From an archaeon GW2011_AR15 (lineage in GTDB: Archaea > Nanobdellota > Nanobdellia > Woesearchaeales > GW2011-AR15), in NCBI GenBank assembly GCA_000830295.1, contig CP010425.1, positions 416,001-480,000 on the forward strand: 64,000 nt of DNA, given 5' to 3'. This document shows, one piece after another, positions 10,288-19,616 of the stretch. Numbering within the stretch: the first letter of the stretch is position 1; every line of letters starts with the position of its first letter. Made by a program: the position numbers and the translations under genes. The notes beneath the pieces were generated by a model. It was not told the origin of the DNA, searched no databases, and saw nothing but the letters and a program-made list of their open reading frames with translations.

Positions 10288-10863
10288 TTATTTTGACGAT
10301 GCTATCTTCTCCTTTGTTTTTTCAAAAGCCTCCTGCATCTTTGCAGGGTCCTGCTTGTTCTTTACATATGATGAAAATAATCTGTTGAATCTCTCAGTGT
10401 CTGACTTAAGCAGTGCTGCATAGTCTGCAATGTGCTTTCCTGAAAGCCTGTCTGCCTTTGGCGCAATCTCTTCTGAATATTTTATCTTCAGGCCTGCGTC
10501 TGCTGCTCCCTTGAGGACTGCGAATATCCTTGAGCCCGGGATTGGCGTGTGAAGCCCTATGTCCAGTATTGCCTCTTTTCCTTTTGCTGCATGGCCTATC
10601 ATATACCCTACAAGGTATGATGCGGGGATGTTTCCTGTGTTGTATCCCCATCCGTGCTTTTCAAGGTTTCTTGAATGGGATGATGCTATCACCCTGTCGC
10701 CGTCAGGATGGTATTCTATAAGCTGTGCAACGATGTTCTTGTTGAACCTTCTTACCACAAGCCTCGGCGTCCTTGACTTCAGGAGGATTATCCTTTTCCT
10801 GTAATCTGTCTTCCCTTCCCTCTTTCTCCTGTACTGGACTGTGGCTATTTTTTTGTGTACCAT
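10288..10863 (-). CDS. rpl18: 50S ribosomal protein uL18
   Basis: RRKREGKTDY, RLVVR, LKGAADAGL. Confidence 0.96.
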   Translation of the reverse strand: MVHKKIATVQYRRKREGKTDYRKRIILLKSRTPRLVVRRFNKNIVAQLIEYHPDGDRVIASSHSRNLEKHGWGYNTGNIPASYLVGYMIGHAAKGKEAILDIGLHTPIPGSRIFAVLKGAADAGLKIKYSEEIAPKADRLSGKHIADYAALLKSDTERFNRLFSSYVKNKQDPAKMQEAFEKTKEKIASSK

Positions 10864-10864
10864 T

Positions 10865-11320
10865 TTACTTCTTTGCCTTTATGAGCCTGTGCTCTGTTAT
10901 GTATAGCTTGATGTGTCTCCTGCTTCTGAAAAATCCGCCCTTTGCTTTTTTGTAAAGCCCCTTGTATGCTTCCTGCTCAAGCATCTTGGCGTCTTTCAGC
11001 TCCTTGAGGAACTTCCTCTGGAGCCTTATCTTGTTCATCCATTTTTTCTTGCTTGAGCCCCTTGCATTTGCAGAGCCCTTCCTTGAGCCCTGGCCTTTCC
11101 TTCTTCCCTTTGACTTCTGCTTCTGGTGCTCTTTTGCCCTGCCCCTTGATATTCCCTTGTTTTTCTTTACTGTTATTGCTCCGTCCTTCATAAGGGCCCT
11201 GACATCTGCCCTTGTTATGGCTTCCTTTATCTCGTCCCTTCTTGATTCGTCAATGATGACTTTCTTGCGGGATCTCTTCGCAATCTTTGCTGCCAGCCTT
11301 TTTTGTATTGTTGATTTCAC
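10865..11320 (-). CDS. rpl19e: 50S ribosomal protein eL19
   Basis: QKRLAA, AITRADVR, GRRKGQGSRKG; GTG start. Confidence 0.96.
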   Translation of the reverse strand: MKSTIQKRLAAKIAKRSRKKVIIDESRRDEIKEAITRADVRALMKDGAITVKKNKGISRGRAKEHQKQKSKGRRKGQGSRKGSANARGSSKKKWMNKIRLQRKFLKELKDAKMLEQEAYKGLYKKAKGGFFRSRRHIKLYITEHRLIKAKK

Positions 11321-11324
11321 TTGA

Positions 11325-11879
11325 TTACACCTTCTGAGTAAGCAGTTTGTCTATCTCCTTTTTTTCTGTCTTTTTCTTTTCTTCTTCAGACACGTCTTCC
11401 TTGACCTTGTCATCTATGTTATCCTTCTTCCCTGCTTTCTCTTTTTTCTCTTCCTTTTTCTTCTCTGCTTCTTTCTTGAGCTTCTTCTTTTCCTGGAGCA
11501 TGCCCTCTTTCTCTGATATGTATTTCTCAGGGTCTGCAAAATTATGTATGCTTATCTTGTGCTTTATCAGCTCCTTCATTATGGGCAACTTCTTTTTCAG
11601 GCCGAGCTTTCCTGAGACTACTGCTGTGTGCTTTTTCGGGTCAAGCTCTTTTACCTGGGCAAGGGAGTTCACAACGACTACTTCCATGCCCCTGTATTTC
11701 CCTCTCTGGGATCTTGCGTTGCCGTATCCCGGCTTCGGTATGACCCTGTTTATCATCATTATCCTTATCTTTGAATCGATTCCCCTTGGCTTCCTCCATG
11801 TATTGGCAAGCCTCTTCTTCTTATGGATGTCCTGCCTGTTGAACTTCCTCCTTTTCCTTGCTGGCTGGGGCGTTTCCAT
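11325..11879 (-). CDS. rpl32e: 50S ribosomal protein eL32 with a charged C-terminal extension
   Basis: FNRQD, WRKPRGIDSK, PKPGYG. Confidence 0.93.
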   Translation of the reverse strand: METPQPARKRRKFNRQDIHKKKRLANTWRKPRGIDSKIRIMMINRVIPKPGYGNARSQRGKYRGMEVVVVNSLAQVKELDPKKHTAVVSGKLGLKKKLPIMKELIKHKISIHNFADPEKYISEKEGMLQEKKKLKKEAEKKKEEKKEKAGKKDNIDDKVKEDVSEEEKKKTEKKEIDKLLTQKV

Positions 11880-11884
11880 TTTCT

Positions 11885-12433
11885 CTAAATCTGCTCTCCT
11901 TCTTTTTCTATTATGTATATGCCGTCCTGGAATATCCTCCTGTCGAAGCCCGGCCTCCTTGTTGCCTGCTCGATGTCAGCTGCAACCTGCCCTGCCTTCT
12001 CGATGTCAGGGGACTCCACTGTGATTGTGCTTCCGTCAACTTTTACTGCTGCGCCCGGCATAAGATTAACCTTTCTCGGAATCTTCTCGCCAAGGAAATT
12101 CTTTATCTCAAGCCTGTTGCCTGAAACAGAGACTGTTATGGGAAAGTGGCCTGAGCATACCTTCAGCTTGTATACATATCCCTCTGTGACTCCCTTCATG
12201 GCATTCCTTATATGGGCCTTGTATGTCTTCAAAACTGTCTTGTCCTTCCTTGTGTTGCCTGATGCTGAAAGCGTTATCTGCCTGCCTTCAAGCTTTATCC
12301 TGGCTTTCGGGCTGTTGAATTCTCTCACAACATTGCCTTTCGGCCCGCTTACAGTAAGGGATGTGCCATTCAGGGATGCGTTTGCTCCCTCGATGACTTC
12401 TATTTCCTCTGTAAGTGCTTTTTCTTCGGTCAT
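11885..12433 (-). CDS. rpl6: 50S ribosomal protein uL6
   Basis: GPKG, HFPITV, NFLGEK, DRRIFQDGIYI; ATG 12433. Confidence 0.96.
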   Translation of the reverse strand: MTEEKALTEEIEVIEGANASLNGTSLTVSGPKGNVVREFNSPKARIKLEGRQITLSASGNTRKDKTVLKTYKAHIRNAMKGVTEGYVYKLKVCSGHFPITVSVSGNRLEIKNFLGEKIPRKVNLMPGAAVKVDGSTITVESPDIEKAGQVAADIEQATRRPGFDRRIFQDGIYIIEKEGEQI

Positions 12434-12434
12434 T

Positions 12435-12827
12435 TTAGTAAACGTATGCAATTAGCTTTCCTCCAAGCTTTTTCTTTATTGCCTCTTCCTGTGTCATCAG
12501 CCCCTGGTTTGTTGACACAATCAGGAAACCGAATCCGAATGCCGGAAGGTATCTTTTTTCAAATTTCTGGTATTCTTTCAGTGTGACGCTGTGCCTCGGC
12601 CTTACTACTCCTATCTTGTTTACAGCCCCAAGCAGGCTTATCTCTATCTCTCCTCCTCTGCCGTTTTCAATGACCTTGTATTCCCCGACATAGTTGTTTG
12701 CTTTAAGCAGGTCAAGCACAGCCCTTATTATCTTGGAGTTATTCCTGACTGTTATCTTCTGCTTCCCTTTTTTCTCCTCTATGTGGATGTGGGAAAGCAC
12801 GTTTGCCAATGGATCGTTTAAGCTCAT
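12435..12827 (-). CDS. rps8: 30S ribosomal protein uS8
   Basis: DPLANVL, EKRYLPA, IVSTNQG. Confidence 0.97.
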   Translation of the reverse strand: MSLNDPLANVLSHIHIEEKKGKQKITVRNNSKIIRAVLDLLKANNYVGEYKVIENGRGGEIEISLLGAVNKIGVVRPRHSVTLKEYQKFEKRYLPAFGFGFLIVSTNQGLMTQEEAIKKKLGGKLIAYVY

Positions 12828-12847
12828 TTTGTTCTCCTGTCTATCAA

Positions 12848-13084
12848 TCAGTTATATTTCTTGAACCCAAGTTTTGTTGCTATGTCCCTGAAGCAGCACC
12901 TGCAGTATCTCAGGCCGTACTTGCCGACAAATCCGCCTACGCCTGTCCTACCGCATCTTGTGCACTTTGCCGTGTGCCTTCCGCATTTCCTTTCCTTCGG
13001 AAGGTTGTATTTCTCAAAGCGCTTCAGCTTCTGCGGCTTGTTCTTAAGCTGGCTTAGCATTTTCCTGGGATCTGAAGTTGTCAT
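12848..13084 (-). CDS. rps14: 30S ribosomal protein uS14 (Zn type, N-terminally extended)
   Basis: CTRCG...YGLRYCRCCFRDIA..LGFKKY. Confidence 0.95.
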   Translation of the reverse strand: MTTSDPRKMLSQLKNKPQKLKRFEKYNLPKERKCGRHTAKCTRCGRTGVGGFVGKYGLRYCRCCFRDIATKLGFKKYN

Positions 13085-13596
13085 TATTCTTCCTCCGTTG
13101 TAACATTGAATTCTTTCTTGAAATAATCCATGCTGTCCTGCTGTGTTATATGGTGGCTTTTTCCCAGCTTCCTGTTCAGCTTCTTCCTGTATTTCACCCT
13201 GTGGCCGGGCCTTGACAGCGTTATTGTAACCTGGAAGCCTATTATGCCTATGGCTGAGTCGTACTCAAGCCCCGGAATATCTATATACTCGTGGATTCCG
13301 AATGCCACGTTTCCGTTTGAGTCAAATGCTCCCGGAGGCAGCCTGTTGTCCTTTGCCTTCAGCAGCCTCTTCAGCAGCTCCCTGGCATGCTCCCTCCTTA
13401 TTGTTATCTTGCATCCTATAGGAAGGCCCGGACGGACTCCCCAGCCAGGTATTCTCTTGTCTGTGATAGTCTTTACAGGCTCGATGCCGGTTATATTCTT
13501 CAGCAGCTTCATGCCCTTCTTCAGCTTTTCCTGGTCTGTGCCGGCCCCTACATTTAGGGTAAGTTTCTCTATCCTTATCTCTCTCATAGGGTTCAT
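13084..13596 (-). CDS. rpl5: 50S ribosomal protein uL5
   Basis: MNPMREIRIEK, FGIHEYIDIPG. Confidence 0.97.
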   Translation of the reverse strand: MNPMREIRIEKLTLNVGAGTDQEKLKKGMKLLKNITGIEPVKTITDKRIPGWGVRPGLPIGCKITIRREHARELLKRLLKAKDNRLPPGAFDSNGNVAFGIHEYIDIPGLEYDSAIGIIGFQVTITLSRPGHRVKYRKKLNRKLGKSHHITQQDSMDYFKKEFNVTTEEE

Positions 13597-14282
13597 TCTT
13601 TAAATTTCACCACAGGTTCTTTTTTCCCGACTACATATACGGATTCTCTCGGCGTCTCGAATTCCTCTTTCTTTGTCTTTATCTTCACAAGCCCAGATGC
13701 TGAAACATTTTCTATGCTTCCGTGCTGGCCTGTGTGGCTTCCGCTTGTAAGGAAAGCATAGCTGCCTTTCTCAAGCTTCAGCGTGTCCCTGATCTTATAG
13801 TCAGGAAGCGAAAGCACTGCTGAATCGCCTACTGCGAATTTGCCATCTTTCACAATAATGTTCTTGCCGTCATACATGTTAAGCTGCATCTTTCCGCCCT
13901 TCAGCACTGTCTTCCCTATTATCTTTGATACCTTAAATGATGATTCTTTCTTGTCTATCTTCTGGAGGCAGAGCTTCTCTGACTCGTTTACAAGCAGGAC
14001 ATATTGCTCGTCTGAGACGGGTATGGAAAGCACGTCCATCAGCCCGAGCGGATATTTTGGGTCTTTTACCCTTCTTCCGTCTACAAGGATTTCCTTGTCG
14101 TTCATGATTGCCTTCACTTCTTTCATTGTCCTTGCATCCTTCAGAAGGTTCTTGAATACCAGTCCCATCGGCATGCACTCATGCATCGGCTTTCCTGGAA
14201 GCGGCCTCAGTGAAAACTTGGTTGTCTTTCTCTTTACAGGCCATGATGCCGGTGCATTCAGTGATTTCAGGTGGTTTGCCAT
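13593..14282 (-). CDS. rps4e: 30S ribosomal protein eS4
   Basis: HLKSLNAPASW, VDGRRVKD, GLMDVL. Confidence 0.96.
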   Translation of the reverse strand: MANHLKSLNAPASWPVKRKTTKFSLRPLPGKPMHECMPMGLVFKNLLKDARTMKEVKAIMNDKEILVDGRRVKDPKYPLGLMDVLSIPVSDEQYVLLVNESEKLCLQKIDKKESSFKVSKIIGKTVLKGGKMQLNMYDGKNIIVKDGKFAVGDSAVLSLPDYKIRDTLKLEKGSYAFLTSGSHTGQHGSIENVSASGLVKIKTKKEEFETPRESVYVVGKKEPVVKFKE

Positions 14283-14283
14283 T

Positions 14284-14655
14284 TTATTTCTTCAGCCTCT
14301 CCTGCCTTTTCTTGTCGTTCAAGTTCAGCTCTGTTATCATTATGTTTGAGACGTGCACTGATTTTCTCAGCTTGGTGCCGTCTGCCTTCTGGATATCTAT
14401 CCCTATAACATATACTTTTGAATTTTTTACATCTACTTCTTCAACTTTTCCTGCCCTTCCCCTGAACTGGCCTGCCATTATGGTGACCTTGTCCCCCTCG
14501 GCAACCCTCACAGTCCTTTTCTTGTGCTTCGCGCTAAGGGGTTTTGCAAGGTGCGCCTTAAGGAATCTCCCTTTTACATGGAGAGGGGCAGCCAGCCTGT
14601 ATAGCCTCTGCTTTGCCGGCTTCACGCTTGATTTCTGTGTTGTTGAAAATTTCAT
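14284..14655 (-). CDS. rpl24: 50S ribosomal protein uL24
   Basis: KPAKQR, APLH, GDKVTIMAGQF, HVSNIMI. Confidence 0.95.
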   Translation of the reverse strand: MKFSTTQKSSVKPAKQRLYRLAAPLHVKGRFLKAHLAKPLSAKHKKRTVRVAEGDKVTIMAGQFRGRAGKVEEVDVKNSKVYVIGIDIQKADGTKLRKSVHVSNIMITELNLNDKKRQERLKK

Positions 14656-14714
14656 TTTTTTAAAAATACCCGGTGTTTTTGAAATTTGAAAATTGTTTTA
14701 TTTTCATTTTTGCC

Positions 14715-15116
14715 TCATAATATTATGCTTGCAACCTTTGCGACTGCAGGCCACCTTTCTGTTGCCTCTTTTGCAATCGGCCCCTTGAATATTGTTCCCT
14801 TGGGGTTTCCCTTGTCATCCTTCAGCACAACTGCTGCATTGTCTTCAAATTTCACCCTTATGCCGCTGGCTCTCCTGTATTCCCTTTTCTGCCTCACTAT
14901 TATTGCATATACCATCTGCTTCATCATGTCCGGCCTTCCCTTCTTGACAGCCGCCCTTACTATATCCCCGACTCCTGCTGCGGGCTTCCTGTTCTTCACT
15001 CCCTTGTAGCCGTATACTGAAATCAGCTCTATCACTTTCGCTCCTGAGTTGTCGCATGTCGGAACATTGGCTCCGACCGGAAGCCCCCTTGTGACCCTAG
15101 CCCTTACTGCTTTCAT
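14715..15116 (-). CDS. rpl14: 50S ribosomal protein uL14
   Basis: CDNSGAK, FEDNAAV, KGPIAKEA. Confidence 0.98.
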   Translation of the reverse strand: MKAVRARVTRGLPVGANVPTCDNSGAKVIELISVYGYKGVKNRKPAAGVGDIVRAAVKKGRPDMMKQMVYAIIVRQKREYRRASGIRVKFEDNAAVVLKDDKGNPKGTIFKGPIAKEATERWPAVAKVASIIL

Positions 15117-15384
15117 CTTTCAATACCTCTACAACCACGAATTTTTTTGTCTTGCTTATCGGCCTGCACTCTTTTATTATTACTGTGTCTCCCTCTTTTG
15201 CGTCCATCTCAGGAGGGTTGTGCGCTTTCACCTTGCTCCTCTTGTCATGGTAACGCTCGAATTTCGGGACATATACTCTCCTGTTCCATTCTACTGTGAC
15301 AGTCTTCTGGGCCTTGCTGCTTACAACCTTGCCCTTGAATGTCCTTCCTCTTGTTTTCAGTGTGGTTTTTTTCATTTTCAGCAC
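15097..15384 (-). CDS. rps17: 30S ribosomal protein uS17
   Basis: GKVVSSKAQKT, PKFERY, ECRPISKTK. Confidence 0.96.
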   Translation of the reverse strand: MLKMKKTTLKTRGRTFKGKVVSSKAQKTVTVEWNRRVYVPKFERYHDKRSKVKAHNPPEMDAKEGDTVIIKECRPISKTKKFVVVEVLKDESSKG

Positions 15385-15599
15385 TCTTTGATCCTGTCCT
15401 CAGGCCTTTTTGCTATTTTTTCTCCTTCGATTGTTTTTCCGTTGATTTTGATTTTTGATGTTTTCTTGATGAATTTTTTTATCTTGTTTTTTGTCTCCAA
15501 ATGAAGCATGTTTTTTGTTTCATTGACGATTGTTCCCTTGTGCGTCTTTCCGCTGCTTTCTGTTATCTCCGCCTCCTTCCCTATCAGCTCTTCTTTCAT
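15378..15599 (-). CDS. rnp1: RNase P protein Rpp29 (short form)
   Basis: ELIG, GTIVNETKN, RPEDRIK motifs; canonical position between sui1 and rps17; ATG 15599. Confidence 0.85.
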   Translation of the reverse strand: MKEELIGKEAEITESSGKTHKGTIVNETKNMLHLETKNKIKKFIKKTSKIKINGKTIEGEKIAKRPEDRIKEC

Positions 15600-15898
15600 C
15601 TGACCCTGATAGTCTCCTCGGGGAAGCCCAGCTTTACCAGCTCCGCAAACACTTTCTGCTTGTGGTCGCCCTGCAGCTCGATTTTCCCGTCCTTGAACGT
15701 GCCTCCGCACGCAAGGGTGTTCTTCAGCTTCTTCGCCAGGTCCTTAAGGTCGATCTGCCTGGTGTCGATGCCTTCAATCATCGTGTGAAGTTTCCCGAAC
15801 TTCTTTTTTTCTGTATAAACCGTTATCTCCTGGTTTTCCTTTGCGATGTTTTCGCAAACGCAAAGTTCTTTTGGAAGCCCGCATGTGTTACAAATCAT
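15596..15898 (-). CDS. sui1: Translation initiation factor aIF-1 (SUI1)
   Basis: CGLPKELCVC, LACGGT, IELQGDH. Confidence 0.96.
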   Translation of the reverse strand: MICNTCGLPKELCVCENIAKENQEITVYTEKKKFGKLHTMIEGIDTRQIDLKDLAKKLKNTLACGGTFKDGKIELQGDHKQKVFAELVKLGFPEETIRVR

Positions 15899-16077
15899 TT
15901 TTTCAGCTGTGACATTAGCCTCGCAATATTTTTTTTGACCAGTCCTGCCTGCCCTGGGCTTTTCAGTGTTGTGCCTGTTGCAACCTGCGTGTTTATTTTT
16001 ATCAGTTCTTTCTGCAGCTCCAGCAGCTGCGTTTCAAGTTCCTCACTGCTTTTTCCTTTCAGCTCTTTGGATTTCAT
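15895..16077 (-). CDS. rpl29: 50S ribosomal protein uL29
   Basis: ELK..S.EEL...L.EL.KEL and KKNIAR patterns; operon position. Confidence 0.92.
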   Translation of the reverse strand: MKSKELKGKSSEELETQLLELQKELIKINTQVATGTTLKSPGQAGLVKKNIARLMSQLKK

Positions 16078-16874
16078 TCTTTACCTTCCTTCTTTTTCGC
16101 TGCCCTTGCTTTCTTCGGCTTGGCTTCCTTTGATTCAGGCTCTTCTGCCTTTTTCTTTGCTGCTTTTTTCTTTGTCTTATCTTCTTTTGATGTTTCTTTT
16201 GTTTCTTCAACTGCTGTCTTTATCTCTGCTTCTGCCTCTTTTGATTCCTCTTCTTTGACTTCTTCAACTGTTGCCGCGTCCGGCCTGAACCTGATATCAT
16301 CAGGCAGCCTTACTCCGGGAGGCATGATGCTTACCTTTATCCCTACAATCCCTGATTTCAGGTTTGCTATTGCATATGCTGTGTCAACTATTGAGACTGC
16401 TGCGTCTCCGCACTTCTTGATATAGCCCTGGTAGAACCTCCATGTCTTTGCCCTTGCGCTCGGTATCTTGCCTGAGATGAGTATCTCGATTCCCAGTGCG
16501 CCTGCTGCCAGTGCATCCGTCATTACCTTATGGCCTATTCCCTTGAACCTCATTGTGCCGTATTTCTCAAGTGAGATTGCTATTTTTTCCGCGATTGCCG
16601 CAGCAACTAAATTCTCATTCTGTATCTCTGATATCTCTATCTGCGGGTTCTCCAGGCTGAACTCGTTCTTCAAATCTTCTGTAAGCTTCTTGATATTTGC
16701 GCCCCCGCCCCCTATGACAAGTCCGGGCCTTGACGCGTAGATTACTATTTTTTCTCCCAGCGGAGTCCTCTGTATCTTTGAGTGGCTCAGCCCGACTCCC
16801 TTAAGGTTTTCCCTCAGGTATTCCTTTATCTGGAATTCCTTCTTCATCCTTGATATGAAATCGCGCTCAATCAT
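16074..16874 (-). CDS. rps3: 30S ribosomal protein uS3
   Basis: RTPLG, RPGLVIG, ISGKIPSARA. Confidence 0.97.
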   Translation of the reverse strand: MIERDFISRMKKEFQIKEYLRENLKGVGLSHSKIQRTPLGEKIVIYASRPGLVIGGGGANIKKLTEDLKNEFSLENPQIEISEIQNENLVAAAIAEKIAISLEKYGTMRFKGIGHKVMTDALAAGALGIEILISGKIPSARAKTWRFYQGYIKKCGDAAVSIVDTAYAIANLKSGIVGIKVSIMPPGVRLPDDIRFRPDAATVEEVKEEESKEAEAEIKTAVEETKETSKEDKTKKKAAKKKAEEPESKEAKPKKARAAKKKEGKE

Positions 16875-17383
16875 TTTTTATCCTTTTTCTCCTGCTTTGC
16901 TTCTTTCTTTTTTTCAGCCGGTTTTTCTCCAGCTTTCTTTTCTGCTTTTGGCTTTTTTTCCAGCAGCACGACCTGGATGTGGCTCCTCTTCATCACAGAC
17001 CTTTTTTTTCTCCCGTACCTTGCCGGCCTTGATGCCAGGTGTGCGGAAATGTGGTATATTATTAAATATTCGGTGTCGAGGCCCTTGTCTTTTGCGTTTG
17101 ATTCTGCGCTCTTGATTATTGAGAGGATCTCCTTTGCCGCGCTTACAGGATATTTCCCTGCAGCCATACCTTTCTTGTGGGCTGTGTCCTGGTTGTACCT
17201 TTTCATAGGCACTGCCCTTTCCAGTCTTGTTACCTGCTCAAGCATCAGCTTTGCCTTTTTTACAGGCATGCCCCTGATCATCCTTGTTATCTCGACAGAC
17301 TGCTTCGTGGATATGCCCAGCGAATTCCCGTAGGCCCTTGCCACGTTTTCCCTGTCTGTCTTGAATGCATAATTTACTGTCAT
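16871..17383 (-). CDS. rpl22: 50S ribosomal protein uL22
   Basis: ISTKQSVEI, GKYPV, SAESNA. Confidence 0.96.
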   Translation of the reverse strand: MTVNYAFKTDRENVARAYGNSLGISTKQSVEITRMIRGMPVKKAKLMLEQVTRLERAVPMKRYNQDTAHKKGMAAGKYPVSAAKEILSIIKSAESNAKDKGLDTEYLIIYHISAHLASRPARYGRKKRSVMKRSHIQVVLLEKKPKAEKKAGEKPAEKKKEAKQEKKDKK

Positions 17384-17384
17384 T

Positions 17385-17765
17385 TTATCTCACTGACACC
17401 CCTGCGCTGCTCCTTGTTGCCCCTATTCCCGGAGCGCTGTGGTGCACTCCCCTTCTTGTAAGGGCGAACTCGCCAAGGAAATGGCCGAGCATCTCTCCTG
17501 TTATCACAACATCTGCAAATTCCTTCCCGCTGTGGACCTTTATTGTCTTTCCCAGCATTTCCGGGATGACTACCATGTCCCTGCAGTGGGTCTTTACCCT
17601 GTCTCCTGCCCTTATCTTCTCCAGCAGCAGCTTCTGCTGCTCTGTGAAGCCCCTTTCAAGGCTTCTTCTTGCCCTTGAAGGTATGTGTTTCATGAAGTCC
17701 TTTAGTGAAAGCTTCTGCACTTCCTCTATTGTCATTCCCCTGAATGTGAATTCTTTCTTTGCCAT
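17385..17765 (-). CDS. rps19: 30S ribosomal protein uS19
   Basis: KTHCRDM, GHFLGEFALT, PGIGATRSS. Confidence 0.97.
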   Translation of the reverse strand: MAKKEFTFRGMTIEEVQKLSLKDFMKHIPSRARRSLERGFTEQQKLLLEKIRAGDRVKTHCRDMVVIPEMLGKTIKVHSGKEFADVVITGEMLGHFLGEFALTRRGVHHSAPGIGATRSSAGVSVR

Positions 17766-17767
17766 CT

Positions 17768-18469
17768 TTACCTCTTCATACCCGTCCTTCTCGGCCTTAT
17801 CTTACCTACTTTTGCTCCCGGAGGCGCGTTCTTGTCTGCGATTGTAGGCTGGCCTTTCTTGGATGACCTGGATGTACCGAATGGATGGTCGACTGCGTTC
17901 ATGGACTGTCCTGATACCTTAGGCCATAGTTTGTTCCTTGCCTTCATATAATGGTATTTCCTTCCTGCTGTCAGGAATGGCTTTTCTTTTCTTCCTGCTC
18001 CTGCAATCATGCCCACTGTTGCCCTGCATTCTGCATGGAATGTTTTTTCCTTCTTTGAAGGAAGCATGATTACCACGTCATTGTCCTTTTTTGACAGCAG
18101 CCTTGCAAAGCATCCGCTTGACCTGACGAACTTTCCCCCGTCTCCCGGCCTGCCTTCTATATTAAATAGTGCCGCTCCTATCGGGATGTCTTTCAGGTGG
18201 AGTGTGTTGCCGTTCTTCGGCTCTACGCTTCCTATGTTTACTGTGTCGCCTGTCCTCATGCCTTCTGCGGCAATGACGTATGTCTCTTCTCCTGAATCAT
18301 ACTGTATTTTTGCAAGCGGGCTTGAGTGGCCCCTGCATTTTATGAAATCAATAATTTTTCCGAATGATGCCCTTTGCGGGTATGATACTTTTGCCTTGTA
18401 CTTGAAGCTCGGAGCCCTGTATGTCGGGCTTCCCTTTCCCCTTGCCTGCTGTATCAGATTCTTTCCCAT
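17768..18469 (-). CDS. rpl2: 50S ribosomal protein uL2
   Basis: QARGKGSPT, GDGGKFVR, MNAVDHPFG. Confidence 0.98.
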   Translation of the reverse strand: MGKNLIQQARGKGSPTYRAPSFKYKAKVSYPQRASFGKIIDFIKCRGHSSPLAKIQYDSGEETYVIAAEGMRTGDTVNIGSVEPKNGNTLHLKDIPIGAALFNIEGRPGDGGKFVRSSGCFARLLSKKDNDVVIMLPSKKEKTFHAECRATVGMIAGAGRKEKPFLTAGRKYHYMKARNKLWPKVSGQSMNAVDHPFGTSRSSKKGQPTIADKNAPPGAKVGKIRPRRTGMKR

Positions 18470-18476
18470 GCTGTTC

Positions 18477-18725
18477 TCACATTATCCCCAGTTGTGTTGC
18501 CAGGTCGATTGCGGGCGTCTCGTCTGAAAGCTTGACGTATGCCTTTTTCCTTCCTTTAGGGTCAATGGTTGTGTTTACCCTTGCCACCTTGACTTTATAC
18601 AGTGATTCGACTGCTTCCTTTACCTGCTTCTTTGTTGCTGACCTCTCGACTATGAATATCAGCGAGTTGTCTGACTCCATCAGCCTTATTGTCTTCTCTG
18701 TTGCAAGCGGGTATTTGATTATCAT
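18477..18725 (-). CDS. rpl23: 50S ribosomal protein uL23
   Basis: PLATEK, VNT, KKAYVKL. Confidence 0.96.
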   Translation of the reverse strand: MIIKYPLATEKTIRLMESDNSLIFIVERSATKKQVKEAVESLYKVKVARVNTTIDPKGRKKAYVKLSDETPAIDLATQLGIM

Positions 18726-19615
18726 TCTTTAACCTTCTTTACTGCAGGCTTTTTTACCGCAGGTTTTTTGGCGGGCTTCGGCTCTGCCTTTTTCTCTTCT
18801 TTTACCGGCGAGTCTGTAAATAGCCTCAGCTCTGCAATTTTCTTTATGCTGCCTTCTGTGTATAATGTAAGCCTGCCCATGTCTGCTCCCGGGGCAAGCA
18901 CTTCCGCGTTTAAATTGGCGACTTCAACAACTTCCACTCCCGGGATGTTGCATGCTGCCCCGATAAGGCTGCATTTCCCTGAAACAACTATTAGCGGGCC
19001 GATTGCCTGCTGGTATGGCCTTCCCCTTCTTTTTGCGTTCCCTGTTTTTGAGGATCTCCTTGCTGCCCTCTCAAGCTCTTTTTCAAGCCCAAGCTTGGCA
19101 AGCATGTCAAGAACCTCTTTTGTTTTCTTCATATCTTCTGCTGAGTTCTCAATAACTAATGGATATTCTGATACTACGTGGCCCCTTGCTGAGACAAGCT
19201 CCTTTATTACAGATGCTGCCATTGCAGACCTTATTGCCTTCCTTCTCTCTTTCCTGTTCAGCTTCCTGTAGATAACTTTCTCTGCCTGAGGGGGGTGGGC
19301 TTCCCTTCCGCCCCTTGTGTTGGGGTTTGTGGCTCCCATCCAGTTGAACCTTGTTCCCCTGTGGCTCATTATTTTTCTTGAAACCCTGGATATTCCTATC
19401 CCGTATGCGCCCTTATAATGCCTTCTCCTTCTTGATAGCTTTGATGAGTATTTTTTTCCTGCTTCAGGGTCTGTCCCGTATGGCTGCTTTTTGTGGCTGT
19501 GTATTGCCAGGACTGCCCTCTTGATTAAGTCATCCCTTACAGGCTCCTTAAACTGGCTTGGCAAATCTATGTTCCCTTTGCCTTCCCCTGCTTTTGTTTT
19601 GAGTATCGCTTTCAT
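18722..19615 (-). CDS. rpl4: 50S ribosomal protein uL4
   Basis: RDDLIKRAV, GGREAHPP, LAPG..GRLT. Confidence 0.97.
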   Translation of the reverse strand: MKAILKTKAGEGKGNIDLPSQFKEPVRDDLIKRAVLAIHSHKKQPYGTDPEAGKKYSSKLSRRRRHYKGAYGIGISRVSRKIMSHRGTRFNWMGATNPNTRGGREAHPPQAEKVIYRKLNRKERRKAIRSAMAASVIKELVSARGHVVSEYPLVIENSAEDMKKTKEVLDMLAKLGLEKELERAARRSSKTGNAKRRGRPYQQAIGPLIVVSGKCSLIGAACNIPGVEVVEVANLNAEVLAPGADMGRLTLYTEGSIKKIAELRLFTDSPVKEEKKAEPKPAKKPAVKKPAVKKVKE

Positions 19616-19616
19616 A

